DNA of 64,000 bases from Myxococcota bacterium (GTDB lineage Bacteria; Myxococcota_A; Polyangia; Polyangiales; Sandaracinaceae): assembly GCA_036149055.1 (NCBI GenBank), contig JAYZQJ010000191.1, positions 1 to 64,000 of the forward strand, given 5' to 3'. Below the pieces are notes generated by a model. The model saw only the letters and a list, made by a program, of their open reading frames with translations, was not told the DNA's origin and searched no databases. Shown piece by piece: positions 39,095-49,473 of the stretch (position 1 is its first letter; each line of letters opens with the position of its first letter). The position numbers and the translations under genes are program-made.

Positions 39095-40333
39095 ATGAGC
39101 CTGGTGACCGACCGACCCTTCGACGTCGTCCTCTGGGGCGCCACCGGCTTCACCGGCCAGCTCGTCGCCGAGTACCTGGTGAAGCACCACCTCGCCGACG
39201 GGCTGAAGCTCGCCCTCGCCGGCCGCAACGAGGCCAAGCTCGCCGAGGTCCGCGCCGGGCTCGGGCCCGCGGCGAAGGACCTGCCGCTGCTGCTCGGCGA
39301 CAGCTTCGACGAGGAGGCGCTCTCGTCGATCGCGCAGCGCGCGAAGGTCGTCTGCACCACCGTCGGCCCCTACGCGAAGTACGGCGAGGCGCTCGTCGAC
39401 GCCTGCGTGCGCCACGGGACGCACTACTGCGACCTCACCGGCGAGACGCCCTTCATCCGCCGCATGATCGACCGCCACCACGAGGCGGCGAAGAAGTCCG
39501 GCGCGCGCATCGTGCACTGCTGCGGCTTCGACTCGATCCCGAGCGACCTCGGCACCTGGATGATGCAGGAGGGCATGAAGGAGCGGCACGGCGTCTACGC
39601 CAAGGAGGTCCGCTTCTACGCCGGCGAGAGCAAGGGCGGCTTCAGCGGCGGCACGCTCGCCAGCATGATGAACCTGATGAAGGAGGCGCGCCGCGATCCT
39701 TCGGTCCGCAAGATCCTCGGCCACCCCTACGCGCTCAACCCCGAGGGCGAGCGGAAGGGCCCCGACGGCTCCGACCCGATGGGCGTCGCCAAGGACCCCT
39801 ACCTCGAGCTCTGGACCGGGCCGTTCGTCATGGCCTCGATCAACACCCGGGTCGTGCGCCGCTCCCACGCGCTCCGCGGCTATCCCTGGGGCGAGGACTT
39901 CCGCTACTCCGAGCGCATGACCTTCGGCAAGGGCGCCAAGGGGCGCGTCGCCGCCACCGCGGTCGCCGGAGGCCTGGCCGCGTTCGTCGGCGCGGCGACC
40001 CTCGACGTCGGTCGCAAGGCGCTCGAGAAGATCCTCCCCTCGCCCGGCGAGGGCCCGGACGCTCAGGCGCGGCAGGAGGGCTACTTCAAGATCCGCTTCG
40101 TCGCGCTCGCGGACACGGATCGCGGCGAGGTGGAGCTGCGAGGCCTGGTCGTCGGGCAGAACGACCCCGGCTACGGCGAGACCTCCAAGATGCTCGGCGA
40201 GAGCGCGATGTGCCTCGCCAAGGACGAGCTCGACAGCGAGCCCGGGGTGACCACCCCGTCGGTGGCCATGGGCCCGCAGCTCATCCAGCGGCTCCGCCGC
40301 GCCGGCATGACCTTCGAGGTCAGCGAGTCTTGA
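39095..40333 (+). CDS. Saccharopine dehydrogenase-like / trans-acting enoyl reductase family
   Basis: WGATGFTG, AGRN, TVGPY, HYCDLTGE, CGFDSIPSD. Confidence 0.88.
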   Translation: MSLVTDRPFDVVLWGATGFTGQLVAEYLVKHHLADGLKLALAGRNEAKLAEVRAGLGPAAKDLPLLLGDSFDEEALSSIAQRAKVVCTTVGPYAKYGEALVDACVRHGTHYCDLTGETPFIRRMIDRHHEAAKKSGARIVHCCGFDSIPSDLGTWMMQEGMKERHGVYAKEVRFYAGESKGGFSGGTLASMMNLMKEARRDPSVRKILGHPYALNPEGERKGPDGSDPMGVAKDPYLELWTGPFVMASINTRVVRRSHALRGYPWGEDFRYSERMTFGKGAKGRVAATAVAGGLAAFVGAATLDVGRKALEKILPSPGEGPDAQARQEGYFKIRFVALADTDRGEVELRGLVVGQNDPGYGETSKMLGESAMCLAKDELDSEPGVTTPSVAMGPQLIQRLRRAGMTFEVSES

Positions 40334-41315
40334 TGACGATCTTGCCGCGGGCCCGGCCGGTCTCGCTGTAGGCGTGGGCCTCGGCGATCTCGTCGAGCTC
40401 GAACACCCGGTCCACCACCGGGCGGATCGCGCCGGCCTCGATGCGGCGCGTGATCTGCGCGAGGAGCGCCCCGCTGCTCTCGCGGAGCACGTGGTGCACG
40501 CCCACCCCGCGCAGCCAGCCGCGCAGGGTGATGCTCGCGAGCTGCCCGACCGCGATCGGCGCCCCGAGCACCACGCCGTACTTCTTCGTCGCCGCGGGGA
40601 AGCCGCCGATCATCGTGCTGAGGTGCCCGCCCCGCTTCAGCACCTTCAGCGAGCGGTCGCGGGTCTCGCCGCCGAGCGCGTCGAGCACGAAGTCTTGCTT
40701 CTCCAGCACCTCCTCGAAGCGCTCCTCGCGGTAGTCGACGTGGCGGTCGGCGCCGAGCGAGAGCACGAGCTGTCGGTTCCTGGCGCTGCAGGTCGTCGCG
40801 ACCTCGGCCCCGAGCTCCTTCGCGAGCTGGATCGCGAAGGTCCCCACACCGCCCGAGCCCGCGTGCACGAGCGCGCGATCGCCGCGCTTGAGCCGCCCCT
40901 TCACCACCAGCGCGTCCCAGGCGGTGAGCCCCACGAGCGGGATCGACGCCGCCTCCTCGTGGGTCAGCCCGCGCGGCTTGCGCGCCACCACCCGCTCGTC
41001 GACCGCGAGCTGCTCGGCGTAGCAGCCGGGGCGCCGGTGCGTGGGTGAGCCGTAGACCGCGTCGCCCACCCGGAAGACGGTCACGTCCCGGCCCACCGCG
41101 GTCACCACGCCGCTGAAGTCCAGCCCCAGCGTCCAGGGGAGCCGGTAGTGGATGAGCGCGCGCTGGCCGCCGCTCCGGATCTTCACGTCGACCGGGTTCA
41201 CGCTCGAGGCGTGCACGTCGACGAGGAGATCGCGCGGCCCGGGCGTCGGCGCGGGGACGTCGTCGACCTGGAGGACCTCGGGCGGTCCGTAGCGATGGAT
41301 GCGAGCCGCGCGCAT
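40320..41315 (-). CDS. NADP-dependent MDR-family oxidoreductase
   Basis: SVNPVD, LGLDFSG, HAGSGGVG, GKIVI. Confidence 0.9.
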   Translation of the reverse strand: MRAARIHRYGPPEVLQVDDVPAPTPGPRDLLVDVHASSVNPVDVKIRSGGQRALIHYRLPWTLGLDFSGVVTAVGRDVTVFRVGDAVYGSPTHRRPGCYAEQLAVDERVVARKPRGLTHEEAASIPLVGLTAWDALVVKGRLKRGDRALVHAGSGGVGTFAIQLAKELGAEVATTCSARNRQLVLSLGADRHVDYREERFEEVLEKQDFVLDALGGETRDRSLKVLKRGGHLSTMIGGFPAATKKYGVVLGAPIAVGQLASITLRGWLRGVGVHHVLRESSGALLAQITRRIEAGAIRPVVDRVFELDEIAEAHAYSETGRARGKIVIKTR

Positions 41316-41407
41316 GCGGGCCGAGCCTACTCAGCGCCGCCGCCCCTCACCACGAAGAAAGCGCGTAACGGACCCGGCGGCCCCGCATACGGCACGTCGG
41401 AGACCCC

Positions 41408-41968
41408 ATGCACCTCGAGGATCGCAGCGACGAAGCGCTGATGGCGGCCTACCTGGCGGGCGACCAGGCCGCGCACCGGGCCCTCTTCGACCGGCTGGCC
41501 CCGGTCCTGACCGCGCTCATCCGCCGGCAGCTCCGGGACGAGGCCGAGGCGGAGGACGTGCTCCAGCGGACCTTCCTGGCGATGCACCGGGCCCGCCACG
41601 ACTTCCGCCCCGGCGCCAGGGTGCGGCCCTGGGTCTTCACCATCGCGATGAACCTGGTCCGGGACACCTTCCGCCGCCGCAAGCGACGCCGGGAGAGCCC
41701 CCTCGAGCTCGACGGTCGCCACGATCCGGTGGTCTGGTCCCACAGCGGGCTCGAGCGGGCCGAGGAGGCGGCGCTGGTGCGCCGGGCGATCGCGAGCCTG
41801 CCCCGGGATCAGCGCCGGGCGGTCGAGCTGCACTGGCTCGAGGAGCGGCCCTTCGCCGAGATCGCCGAGCTGGTCGGCGCGAGCGTGAGCGCGGTGAAGG
41901 TGCGCGCCCACCGCGGATACAAGAAGATGAAGCGCTGGCTCGAAACCGAGACCGAGCTGCGGGCGTAG
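41408..41968 (+). CDS. ECF RNA polymerase sigma factor
   Basis: AEDVLQRTF, WVFTIAMN, EIAELVG...VKVRAHRG. Confidence 0.9.
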   Translation: MHLEDRSDEALMAAYLAGDQAAHRALFDRLAPVLTALIRRQLRDEAEAEDVLQRTFLAMHRARHDFRPGARVRPWVFTIAMNLVRDTFRRRKRRRESPLELDGRHDPVVWSHSGLERAEEAALVRRAIASLPRDQRRAVELHWLEERPFAEIAELVGASVSAVKVRAHRGYKKMKRWLETETELRA

Positions 41969-42008
41969 GGAGGCCTGCGCTCCCGGCGACCGTCCGAGCG
42001 CCCACGCC

Positions 42009-42638
42009 GTGCCCGACCCCCGAGACGATCTCTACGAGCGGATTCGCGAGGACATCGCGAGCGAGCGTGGCGCGCTCGCCTGGATCCGCGCGCGGCCGAC
42101 GCCGTTGCGCGCGGCGCTGCTCGGCGCGCTCGGCTTCGGGGGCGCGGTCGCCCTCATCGCGGCCATGCGGCCGGAGTCCTTCACCCGGCCGCGCACCCTG
42201 GGCTGGGCGATCGGGCTCACCGGCGCGATCGCGATGACCGCGGTGGCGATGGCCGCGCTGCTCCGGCCGGTGCACGCCGACGGCTGGTCCCCGCTCCGCC
42301 GCCGCCTGGTCGCCGCCGCGATCGCGCTCGGCGCGCTCGGCGCGCTCACCCTCGCGGGCGACGGAAGCCTCGGCGCGCTCGGGACCGGGCACTGCCTGAT
42401 GATGGGCGCGGTGGCGTCGCTCCCGACCTTCGTCGCGGCGCTCCTGCTCGATCGCCACCCTCGACGCGGCGCGCTCTTCGCCGCGCTCTCCGCCACCCTC
42501 GTCGGGGCCCTGACCCTCCAGGTGATGTGCCGCGGACGCAGCCTGCTGCACCTCGTCACCGAGCACTTCGGCGTGGTGCTCGCCGGCGGCCTCTTCTACT
42601 TCTCGGTGGCCGCGCTGCTCGCCCGCGTCCGGCGCTGA
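42009..42638 (+). CDS. Membrane anti-sigma factor (NrsF/DUF1109-like)
   Basis: About 6 TM helices with two Cys and a late His; directly downstream of the ECF sigma. Confidence 0.6.
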   Translation: MPDPRDDLYERIREDIASERGALAWIRARPTPLRAALLGALGFGGAVALIAAMRPESFTRPRTLGWAIGLTGAIAMTAVAMAALLRPVHADGWSPLRRRLVAAAIALGALGALTLAGDGSLGALGTGHCLMMGAVASLPTFVAALLLDRHPRRGALFAALSATLVGALTLQVMCRGRSLLHLVTEHFGVVLAGGLFYFSVAALLARVRR

Positions 42639-43495
42639 TCGCGCCAGCTCCCCGACGCGATGACGGGGCCGTCTCCCAGGTACCGGTAGGTCCACGCGAG
42701 CCGGGTCCCGCCCGGGGCGCGGACGCGGGTGACGATGCGGCGATACATCGATCCCTCGCGCCCGTAGCCGAGGAAGTCCTCGACCTCGTCGAGCTCGCGC
42801 AGCGCGCGCGCGGGATCGGCCAGGGTGATCAGCTCGCCGTGGACCTCGCCGGCGTCGCCCGGCACGAGGCCGGGGTAGGGCCCCAGGTCGACGAGGCGCC
42901 CGCGAGCCCGGGCCTCCTCCCAGGCGAGCGGCCCGTGGCGCAGGGCGATCGGCTCGCGCAGCTCCCCGCGCATGAGCGTGCCGTACACGAACACCGCGCT
43001 CGGCAGGGCCGGGGCGTCGAGGCCGCGCGCGGCGGCGAGGAGGGGGGCCTCGGGGAGGCGATGAGCCCGCAGCCCGCGCAGCACCGTCTCCACGTAGGCG
43101 TCGGTGGGCGCCACGTGCGCCGTCTCGCGCCGGGCCGGCACGACCTCGTAGGTGACGGCGCGCCGCTCGTCGCCGCCCTCGGTGATCGCGGTGACCTCCA
43201 CCCGCGCGTAGAACCGGGGCGCGCCTTCCTTGTCGTCGAGCGCCGCCCAGCCCGCGTCGTCGACCTCGTAGAGCACGCCGGGCACCGACGCGCCGAGCCG
43301 CGGGCGCACGCTCAGGGCGCCGCCGCGACGCGCGGCCGAGCGGTAGTGGAAGACCAGCTCGTGGTCGGGGAGCCACGCCGCCTCGATCGCGCGGATCCCC
43401 TCGTGGCGGTGGCCGCGCTCGGCGCACCAGCGGGCGAGGTCGCGCGCGCAGAGGTTCGAGCCGTATCCGAAGTAGAGCACTCCGAAGCATGACAC
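42596..43495 (-). CDS. Tandem gamma-glutamylcyclotransferase (AIG2-like) domain protein
   Basis: YFGYGSNL...LDDKEG and VFVYGTLM...LDEVE. Confidence 0.82.
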   Translation of the reverse strand: MSCFGVLYFGYGSNLCARDLARWCAERGHRHEGIRAIEAAWLPDHELVFHYRSAARRGGALSVRPRLGASVPGVLYEVDDAGWAALDDKEGAPRFYARVEVTAITEGGDERRAVTYEVVPARRETAHVAPTDAYVETVLRGLRAHRLPEAPLLAAARGLDAPALPSAVFVYGTLMRGELREPIALRHGPLAWEEARARGRLVDLGPYPGLVPGDAGEVHGELITLADPARALRELDEVEDFLGYGREGSMYRRIVTRVRAPGGTRLAWTYRYLGDGPVIASGSWRDQRRTRASSAATEK

Positions 43496-43529
43496 GACCC
43501 GCGCGCCGTCACGGTGCTATGACTCTGCC

Positions 43530-44690
43530 GTGAACCGCGCGCACCCCGCTGTCCTCCTGCTCCGGCTCGCGTCCCTCACCGCGCTGGCCTTCAGCGTCAC
43601 GCTCGCGATCGACTACTACGGGCCGCGCTCCACCTTCTGCGGGCCGAGCGGCGGCTGCGCCGAGGTCCGCGCGTCGGACATCGGGATCCTGCTCGGCGAC
43701 TACCTGCCGGCGCTCGGGCTGCTCGTCTACACCTCTCTCTTCGTCGGCAGCCTCTTCTCGAGCCGCGAGGCGCTCCGGGCGGTCGGCGCGCTCGCCGCCC
43801 TGGGCGGGGTTGGCGCGGCCGCGTTCCTCGGGCTGCAGGCCCTCGTGATCGAGGCGTGGTGCCCGTTCTGCGTCGGCGTCGACGTGGCCGCCCTCCTCGC
43901 CGCGGCCGCCGGCGGCTGGATCCTCGGCGCGAAGGTCGGCGAGCCCGGCGCCAGGAGCACCCTCGCCAGCCCCTGGTGGGGCCTCTTCGCGGTCGCGGTG
44001 GCCGGCCCGCTCGTCTGGGTCTTCGCGCTGCCCGACCCGGATCTCCCCGCCCCGATCGTCGAGCGCTGGGACCGCACCGCCGACGTCAACATCGTCGAGA
44101 TGGCCGACTTCGAGTGCCCCTACTGCCGCGCGCTCGACCCGGTCCTGCACGAGGCGATGGAGGAGAGCGGACGGGACGTGCACCTCGCGCGCATCATGGT
44201 GCCGCTCCCCTTCCACGAGCACGCGCGCGGCGCGGCGGCGGCGTACCTCTGCGCGGAGCGGCAGGGGGAGGGCGACGCGATGGCGGGCCGCCTCTTCGAG
44301 AGTGAAGACCTCACGCGCCCGGCGCAGGTGGCGATCGCGGGGGCGCTGTCGCTCGACGTGGAGGCGTTCGAGGGGTGCCTCGACGACGACGCCATCGACG
44401 ACGCGATCGACGCCGACATGGAGGACGCCCGTCGCGCCGGCATGCAGGGCCTGCCCACCGTCTGGGTCGGGGAGCGCGCGCTCGTCGGCTTCGACGCCCG
44501 CAACGGCGCCGCGCCCTACGCCGAGGCGATCCGGGACGCGGCGGAGGGGCGCGGCCGCCGGGTGCGGTGGTGGCTCTTCGTCGCGCTCGCGATCCTCGCC
44601 GGGCTGATCGCCGGCGCCGGCCGCCGCCTGGCGATCCGGGCCGCCGAGAAGAGGGCAGCGGAGAAGAAGCCCGGCCGCAAGAAGCCCTGA
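43530..44690 (+). CDS. VKOR-DsbA/thioredoxin fusion
   Basis: VKOR C-x5-C plus WCPFC in a TM region; DFECPYC; GLPT cis-Pro loop. Confidence 0.85.
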   Translation: MNRAHPAVLLLRLASLTALAFSVTLAIDYYGPRSTFCGPSGGCAEVRASDIGILLGDYLPALGLLVYTSLFVGSLFSSREALRAVGALAALGGVGAAAFLGLQALVIEAWCPFCVGVDVAALLAAAAGGWILGAKVGEPGARSTLASPWWGLFAVAVAGPLVWVFALPDPDLPAPIVERWDRTADVNIVEMADFECPYCRALDPVLHEAMEESGRDVHLARIMVPLPFHEHARGAAAAYLCAERQGEGDAMAGRLFESEDLTRPAQVAIAGALSLDVEAFEGCLDDDAIDDAIDADMEDARRAGMQGLPTVWVGERALVGFDARNGAAPYAEAIRDAAEGRGRRVRWWLFVALAILAGLIAGAGRRLAIRAAEKRAAEKKPGRKKP

Positions 44691-44692
44691 CG

Positions 44693-45496
44693 TCACTCCA
44701 CCGCGATCACGCTCGGGAGCTGGCCCGCGCCGAGCTCGGGCATGTCGAGCTGGAAGCTCTCCGGCTCACGCACCCCCTCGGGCCGGCGGAGGCCGACCTC
44801 CAGCAGGGAGCCGCGGCCGAGGCGCTCGATGCCGTCCTCCTCGGCGATGATCTCCAGGGCGCCCGGCCGGGGCCGCAGGCCCTCGAGGTGTCCGACGTAG
44901 TGATGCGCCTCGGGATCCCAGCGCAGCGACAGCGGGTGCAGGTGGCCGTCGTCCCCGGGGAAGCTGAGCGTCAGGTCGATGTCGAGGCGGGCGTCGGGCG
45001 CGTCGAGCACGTAGACGTGCGCGTGGCCGTCCGGCTCGACCGCGACCTCCATGACGTGGTCGCCCACCGCGACGACCGAGCCCTCGTGCGCGCCGCGGGG
45101 CAGGATCTCGGCGACCTCCACCGACGCGCGGCGCCGATGCCCCTCGTGCACCACCAGCACCTGCGCCTCGCCCGCCCGCGGCGTGGACTCCATCTCGCCG
45201 ACGAAGCCCTGCACCTCGTCGGTCCACCGCAGCGCCACCGCGTGGGCCTCGCCCGCCTCGTCCTCGAGCGTCACCGTGACGCCGGCGTCCGCGAGATCGT
45301 GCTCGGAGCGCACGTGGAAGTGCAGCTCCCCGGTGGCGTGCACCACCAGCTCGCCGACCACCCCCTCGAGAGGCACGAGCACCCCGCCGTGCCGCGCCGT
45401 CAGCAGGGGCGCCTCGGCCTCGGCCGCGGGCTCCGAGGGAGCCTCCTGGCCGCAGGAGGCGAGGACGATCGACGAGGCGAGGAGGAGGCCGCGCAC
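44693..45496 (-). CDS. Hypothetical lipoprotein with an internally duplicated His-containing domain
   Basis: Lipobox VLASC; repeated RHGG/HEGS...E...H..LRW modules. Confidence 0.6.
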   Translation of the reverse strand: MRGLLLASSIVLASCGQEAPSEPAAEAEAPLLTARHGGVLVPLEGVVGELVVHATGELHFHVRSEHDLADAGVTVTLEDEAGEAHAVALRWTDEVQGFVGEMESTPRAGEAQVLVVHEGHRRRASVEVAEILPRGAHEGSVVAVGDHVMEVAVEPDGHAHVYVLDAPDARLDIDLTLSFPGDDGHLHPLSLRWDPEAHHYVGHLEGLRPRPGALEIIAEEDGIERLGRGSLLEVGLRRPEGVREPESFQLDMPELGAGQLPSVIAVE

Positions 45497-45538
45497 CGCC
45501 CGACGATACGTCGCGCCGGGCCCTGATACCATCGGGGA

Positions 45539-47092
45539 GTGAGCGCCGAGCGGGATCTCATGCGTGATCGCGCCCTCTGCCTCGTGGCGGCCGCCGTCGT
45601 CATGGGCTTCCACGTGCTCACGCGCCGCAACGAGCCCGACTCGATCGATCCGCTGACGCATCGCCTGGTGCTGGCCGGGGCGTTCGTGGCCCTGGCCGCG
45701 GCGAGCTTCGTGATCCCGATCGCCCGCCGGCAGCTGACGCCGGCGTTCCACGGGCTCGCGGGCGCGTATGGCGTGTGGACCGTGTGGACGGTGCACGTGA
45801 ACCACTTCGCGGCCGACAAGGTGATGGCGCTCTTCGCCCTGGTGCTCGGCACGAGCCTCGTGTTCCGCAGCGTGCGGCCGCTCGCCGTCTACCTCGTCGC
45901 GGTGGGTCTCGCCGTGCTCGGCGCGGTGGCGCTGGCGACCCGCCCCGAGACCCCGCCGGTGATGTTCCTCGCGCGCTTCGTGGCGCTGTCGATCGCGATC
46001 CTGGTGCTGGTGGGCTGGCGTGATCGGGCGCTCCGGCGAGCGAGCGAGGAGCGCGAGCGCTACCGGCGGCTCTTCGACTCCAACCCGGTGGCGATCGTGG
46101 TGCACGTGGACGAGCGGGTCATCGACGCGAACACCGCCGCCCTCCGGCTGGTCCGCGGCGACTCGGTCGACGACGTCCGCGGCCGCCCGATCTCCGACTT
46201 CATCTCGCCGCCCGAGGCGCCGCGGGTGCTGCAGCGGATCCGCTCTCGCACGCCCGAGGAGGCGGGCGCGCCCCTGGAGCTGATGGCCCGGCGGCTCGAC
46301 GGGACCTACGTCGAGTGCGAGGTCCGAGGGAGCCCCACCGTGCACGACGGGCGGGCGGCGACGCAGGTCGTCATCGTCGACATCTCCGAGCGCCGGCGGG
46401 TCGAGCGAATGCAAGAGGACTTCGTCAGCGCGGTGAGCCACGAGCTGCGCACCCCGCTCACGTCGATCCACGGCTCCCTGTCCTTGCTCGAGGCGAGCGT
46501 CGGTGGGCCGCTCAGCACGAAGTCGCAGGAGCTGGTCGGGCTGGCCAAGCGCAACACCGACCGGCTGCGCGGCCTGATCGACGACCTGCTCGACCTGCGC
46601 AAGATCGAGGCGGGCAAGCTCAGCTTCCAGTTCGAAGACGTCGATCTGGTGTCGCTGGTCGCCCACCAGATCGAGGACCTGCGAGCGCTCGCCGAGCAGC
46701 GCGGCCTCTCGCTGTCCTACGAGACGGAGGTCGAGGAGGCGCCGGTGTCGGTCGACGTCGGGCGCCTCGAGCAGGTGCTCACCAACCTGGCGTCCAACGC
46801 CTTCAAGCACGCGCCCGAGGGCACGGCGGTGGAGGTCACCGTGCGCGAGGCCGAGGGCGGCTTCGCGCTGACGGTGCGAGATCGCGGGCCCGGCGTGCCG
46901 CCCGAGTTCGTGGAGCGCCTCTTCGAGAAGTTCACCCAGGCCGACGGCGACGACTCGCGGCGGAGCCAGGGGACCGGCCTCGGCCTCTCGATCGCGAGGG
47001 AGATCGTCTTGCAGCACGACGGCGAGATCACCTACGCGGACGCGGACGACGGCGGCGCGACCTTCTCGGTCTGGCTCCCCGCGTCTCGTTGA
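45539..47092 (+). CDS. Membrane PAS-domain histidine kinase
   Basis: TM helices; PAS; VSHELRTPL; NLASNAFK; GTGLGL. Confidence 0.92.
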   Translation: MSAERDLMRDRALCLVAAAVVMGFHVLTRRNEPDSIDPLTHRLVLAGAFVALAAASFVIPIARRQLTPAFHGLAGAYGVWTVWTVHVNHFAADKVMALFALVLGTSLVFRSVRPLAVYLVAVGLAVLGAVALATRPETPPVMFLARFVALSIAILVLVGWRDRALRRASEERERYRRLFDSNPVAIVVHVDERVIDANTAALRLVRGDSVDDVRGRPISDFISPPEAPRVLQRIRSRTPEEAGAPLELMARRLDGTYVECEVRGSPTVHDGRAATQVVIVDISERRRVERMQEDFVSAVSHELRTPLTSIHGSLSLLEASVGGPLSTKSQELVGLAKRNTDRLRGLIDDLLDLRKIEAGKLSFQFEDVDLVSLVAHQIEDLRALAEQRGLSLSYETEVEEAPVSVDVGRLEQVLTNLASNAFKHAPEGTAVEVTVREAEGGFALTVRDRGPGVPPEFVERLFEKFTQADGDDSRRSQGTGLGLSIAREIVLQHDGEITYADADDGGATFSVWLPASR

Positions 47093-47297
47093 GGCCGCGT
47101 CGCGCGGGCCTAGCTTCGAGAGTGAACCCGGGCCGGAGCCGCCTCTCCCCACGGGACCAGACGCGTTCGGCATCGTCAGCACGTTCGTCGTCCGGCGACG
47201 TCGAGGCGGCCCCGTCCCGGGTCCTGCTTTCCGCGGTCGTCGCCGACCCGCCACATGGTCCATTGCCCCGTGGCGCGCGTCGCCGCAGGGTCGGGGC

Positions 47298-48074
47298 ATG
47301 GGCATCGAGATCCATCAGGTCGACGCGTTCGCGCGCGAACCGTTCACCGGCAACCCCGCCGCCGTGTGTCTCCCGGGCGCCGCGCGGGACGACGTCTGGC
47401 TGCAGAAGGTCGCGGCGGAGATGAACCTCTCCGAGACCGCGTTCCTCTGGGCCGAGGAGGGCGCGTGGAGACTCCGCTGGCTCACGCCGACCACGGAGGT
47501 GGACCTGTGCGGGCACGCCACGCTCGCGAGCGCGCACGTGCTCTGGGAGACCGGCCGCGCGGAGGGCGCGATCCGCTTCATCACCCGGAGCGGCGTGCTC
47601 GAGGCGACGCGGGAGGGCGAGGCGATCGCGCTCGACTTCCCGTCCACCGCGCCCGCGCCCTGCGCGCCGCCGGCCGGCCTGTTCGACGCGCTCGGCGCGG
47701 AGGGCGAGTGCCACCGCAGCCGCTTCGACGTGCTCGTGCGCCTCTCCAGCGAGGCCGCGGTGCGGGCGCTCCGACCCGACCTGCGCGCGCTCGCGGCGAT
47801 CGGCGCGCGGGGCGTGATCGTGACCGCCGAGGGCGACGCGCACGACTTCGTGAGCCGCTTCTTCGCCCCGGCCGCGGGCGTCGACGAGGACCCGGTGACG
47901 GGCAGCGCCCACTGCGCGCTCGCCCCCTTCTGGACCGAGCGCCTCGGTCGATCCCGCCTGCGCGCCTACCAGGCGAGCGCCCGCGGCGGGGAGCTGGAGG
48001 TCGAGGTGGCGGGCGACCGCGTCCGGCTCTTCGGCCACGCGATCACGGTGCTCTCGGGCCAGCTGAAGGTTTGA
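47298..48074 (+). CDS. PhzF-family isomerase
   Basis: VDAF...GNPAAV, NLSETAF, EVDLCGHATL, EDPVTGSAH. Confidence 0.92.
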   Translation: MGIEIHQVDAFAREPFTGNPAAVCLPGAARDDVWLQKVAAEMNLSETAFLWAEEGAWRLRWLTPTTEVDLCGHATLASAHVLWETGRAEGAIRFITRSGVLEATREGEAIALDFPSTAPAPCAPPAGLFDALGAEGECHRSRFDVLVRLSSEAAVRALRPDLRALAAIGARGVIVTAEGDAHDFVSRFFAPAAGVDEDPVTGSAHCALAPFWTERLGRSRLRAYQASARGGELEVEVAGDRVRLFGHAITVLSGQLKV

Positions 48075-48087
48075 GGGCGCTTCTGGC

Positions 48088-48115
48088 TTGACACCGGCCG
48101 CCGCTCGGCTAACTT
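48088..48115 (+). promoter_or_regulatory. Sigma-70-type promoter of the tRNA
   Basis: TTGACA-N16-TAACTT, 13 nt upstream of the tRNA. Confidence 0.7.
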
Positions 48116-48128
48116 CGCCGCTCCCGAC

Positions 48129-48201
48129 GCCCAGATAGCTCAGTTGGTAGAGCAGGGCATTGAAAATGCCCGTGTCGGCAGTTCGATTCTGTCTCTGGGC
48201 A
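48129..48201 (+). tRNA. tRNA-Phe(GAA), CCA not encoded
   Basis: Acceptor stem GCCCAGA/TCTGGGC, D-arm GCTC/GAGC, anticodon arm GGGCA-TTGAAAA-TGCCC, T-loop GTTCGATTC. Confidence 0.97.
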
Positions 48202-48213
48202 CTGCTCTCGCGG

Positions 48214-48245
48214 GGAGCGGGCTTTCGAGCCCCTCCTCCTTCTTC
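48214..48245 (+). terminator. Hairpin downstream of the tRNA (probable terminator)
   Basis: GGAGCGGGCT-TTCG-AGCCCCTCC followed by a pyrimidine tract. Confidence 0.55.
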
Positions 48246-48317
48246 GAAACCACGGGCCGACCTCCGGACCGGGCGCTCTGCGCCCCAGGAGGCCGGCCTG
48301 ACTGGTTCCCTCTCCTC

Positions 48318-49445
48318 CTACGAGGCGAGGCGAATGGGGGCGGCCTCCAGGCTACGCTCGTCGAGGCGCTGCTCGAGGTAGGCGAGGACGGCGGCCTCCT
48401 CGGGGCGCAGGGTGGCGAGCTCATCACGGAGCTTGGCCTGGGCTCGGTCCCGGACGGCGGCGGCGACGGTGGCGATGTCTTCTTCGCTCTGCCCGAGCAC
48501 CTGCGGGTGGATGTAGCAGGAGCGGCAGACGGCGACGGTGTTGCCCAGCTCCTTGGCGACGCGCTCCACCGCCCGGAGGAGGCGGCGATCCTGGCGGGCC
48601 TCGTCGTCCACCCGCTCGAGCTCCTCGAGGGCGACCGCCGCGAGCACCGTGCCGGCCCAGGTGCGGAAGTCCTTGGCGGTGACCCTCGCCTGCGCAGCCT
48701 CGCGGAGGTAGGCGTTGACGTCCTCGCTGGTGACGTCGCGCTTGCGGCCGTCGTCGTCGAGGTACTTGAAGAGCTCGTAGCCCGGGGTCTCGAGGCACTC
48801 GACGATGACCTCGACGAGCGCCGGGTCGTCGACCTCGACGCGCCAGTCCTTGCCGGACTTGGCCTTGAAGTCGAGCACGATGTCGGCGCCGTCGCCGCGC
48901 ACGACGTGCTTCTTGCGGATGGTCGTCAGCCCGTAGCTCTCGTTCTTGCGGGCGTACTCGTCGTTGCCGATGCGGATCAGGGTGGTCTCGAGCAGCCGGA
49001 CGACCGAGGCGAGGACCCGGCGGCGGGTCAGCCCTTCGGTCTCCATGTCCCGCTCGACGCGGCGACGGATGCTGGGCAGCACCTTGCCGAAGGCGATGAC
49101 GCGGTCGTACTTGTGCCGGTCGCGGACCCGGCGCCAGGCGGGGTGGTAGATGTACTGCTTGCGGCCGGCGTCGTCGCGACCGGTCGCCTGGATGTGTCCG
49201 CGCGGATCGCGGCAGATCCAGACGTCTCTCCAGGCCGGCGGGATGACGAGGCGATCGAAGCGGCCGCGCAGGCGATCGCTGCGCACCGTCTCGCCGCGGG
49301 CGTCGAAGTAGGTGAAGCCGCGGCCGCACTTGCGTCGGCCGTAGCCGGGCTCGTCACCGTCGACGTAGCGGAGCCGAGCTTCCTCGGCGGAGGCGTGGGG
49401 ATCGTCGTCCAGGATGCGGCGGGCCCACGAGAGGTCGTGTTTCAC
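48318..49445 (-). CDS. Bacterial (poxvirus-like) DNA topoisomerase IB
   Basis: IPPAWRDVWI, GRKQYIYH, IRIGNDEY, KSGK, AKDFRTW, LGNT.AVCRSCYIHP. Confidence 0.92.
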   Translation of the reverse strand: MKHDLSWARRILDDDPHASAEEARLRYVDGDEPGYGRRKCGRGFTYFDARGETVRSDRLRGRFDRLVIPPAWRDVWICRDPRGHIQATGRDDAGRKQYIYHPAWRRVRDRHKYDRVIAFGKVLPSIRRRVERDMETEGLTRRRVLASVVRLLETTLIRIGNDEYARKNESYGLTTIRKKHVVRGDGADIVLDFKAKSGKDWRVEVDDPALVEVIVECLETPGYELFKYLDDDGRKRDVTSEDVNAYLREAAQARVTAKDFRTWAGTVLAAVALEELERVDDEARQDRRLLRAVERVAKELGNTVAVCRSCYIHPQVLGQSEEDIATVAAAVRDRAQAKLRDELATLRPEEAAVLAYLEQRLDERSLEAAPIRLAS

Positions 49446-49457
49446 ACCCTGGAACAC

Positions 49458-49473
49458 AGCAACCGACGTGCCC
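49458..49473 (-). promoter_or_regulatory. Putative sigma-54 promoter of the TopIB gene
   Basis: GGGCAC-GTCGG-TTGCT (near consensus), 13 nt before the GTG at 49445. Confidence 0.6.

Noticed and set aside
41365..41390. GTAAC motif as an autoregulatory ECF promoter
   Set aside because: The -10 element and spacing are not convincing by eye
48318..49445. Integrase or prophage at tRNA-Phe
   Set aside because: Motifs match topoisomerase IB, not a tyrosine integrase; no duplicated tRNA 3' end or phage genes were seen
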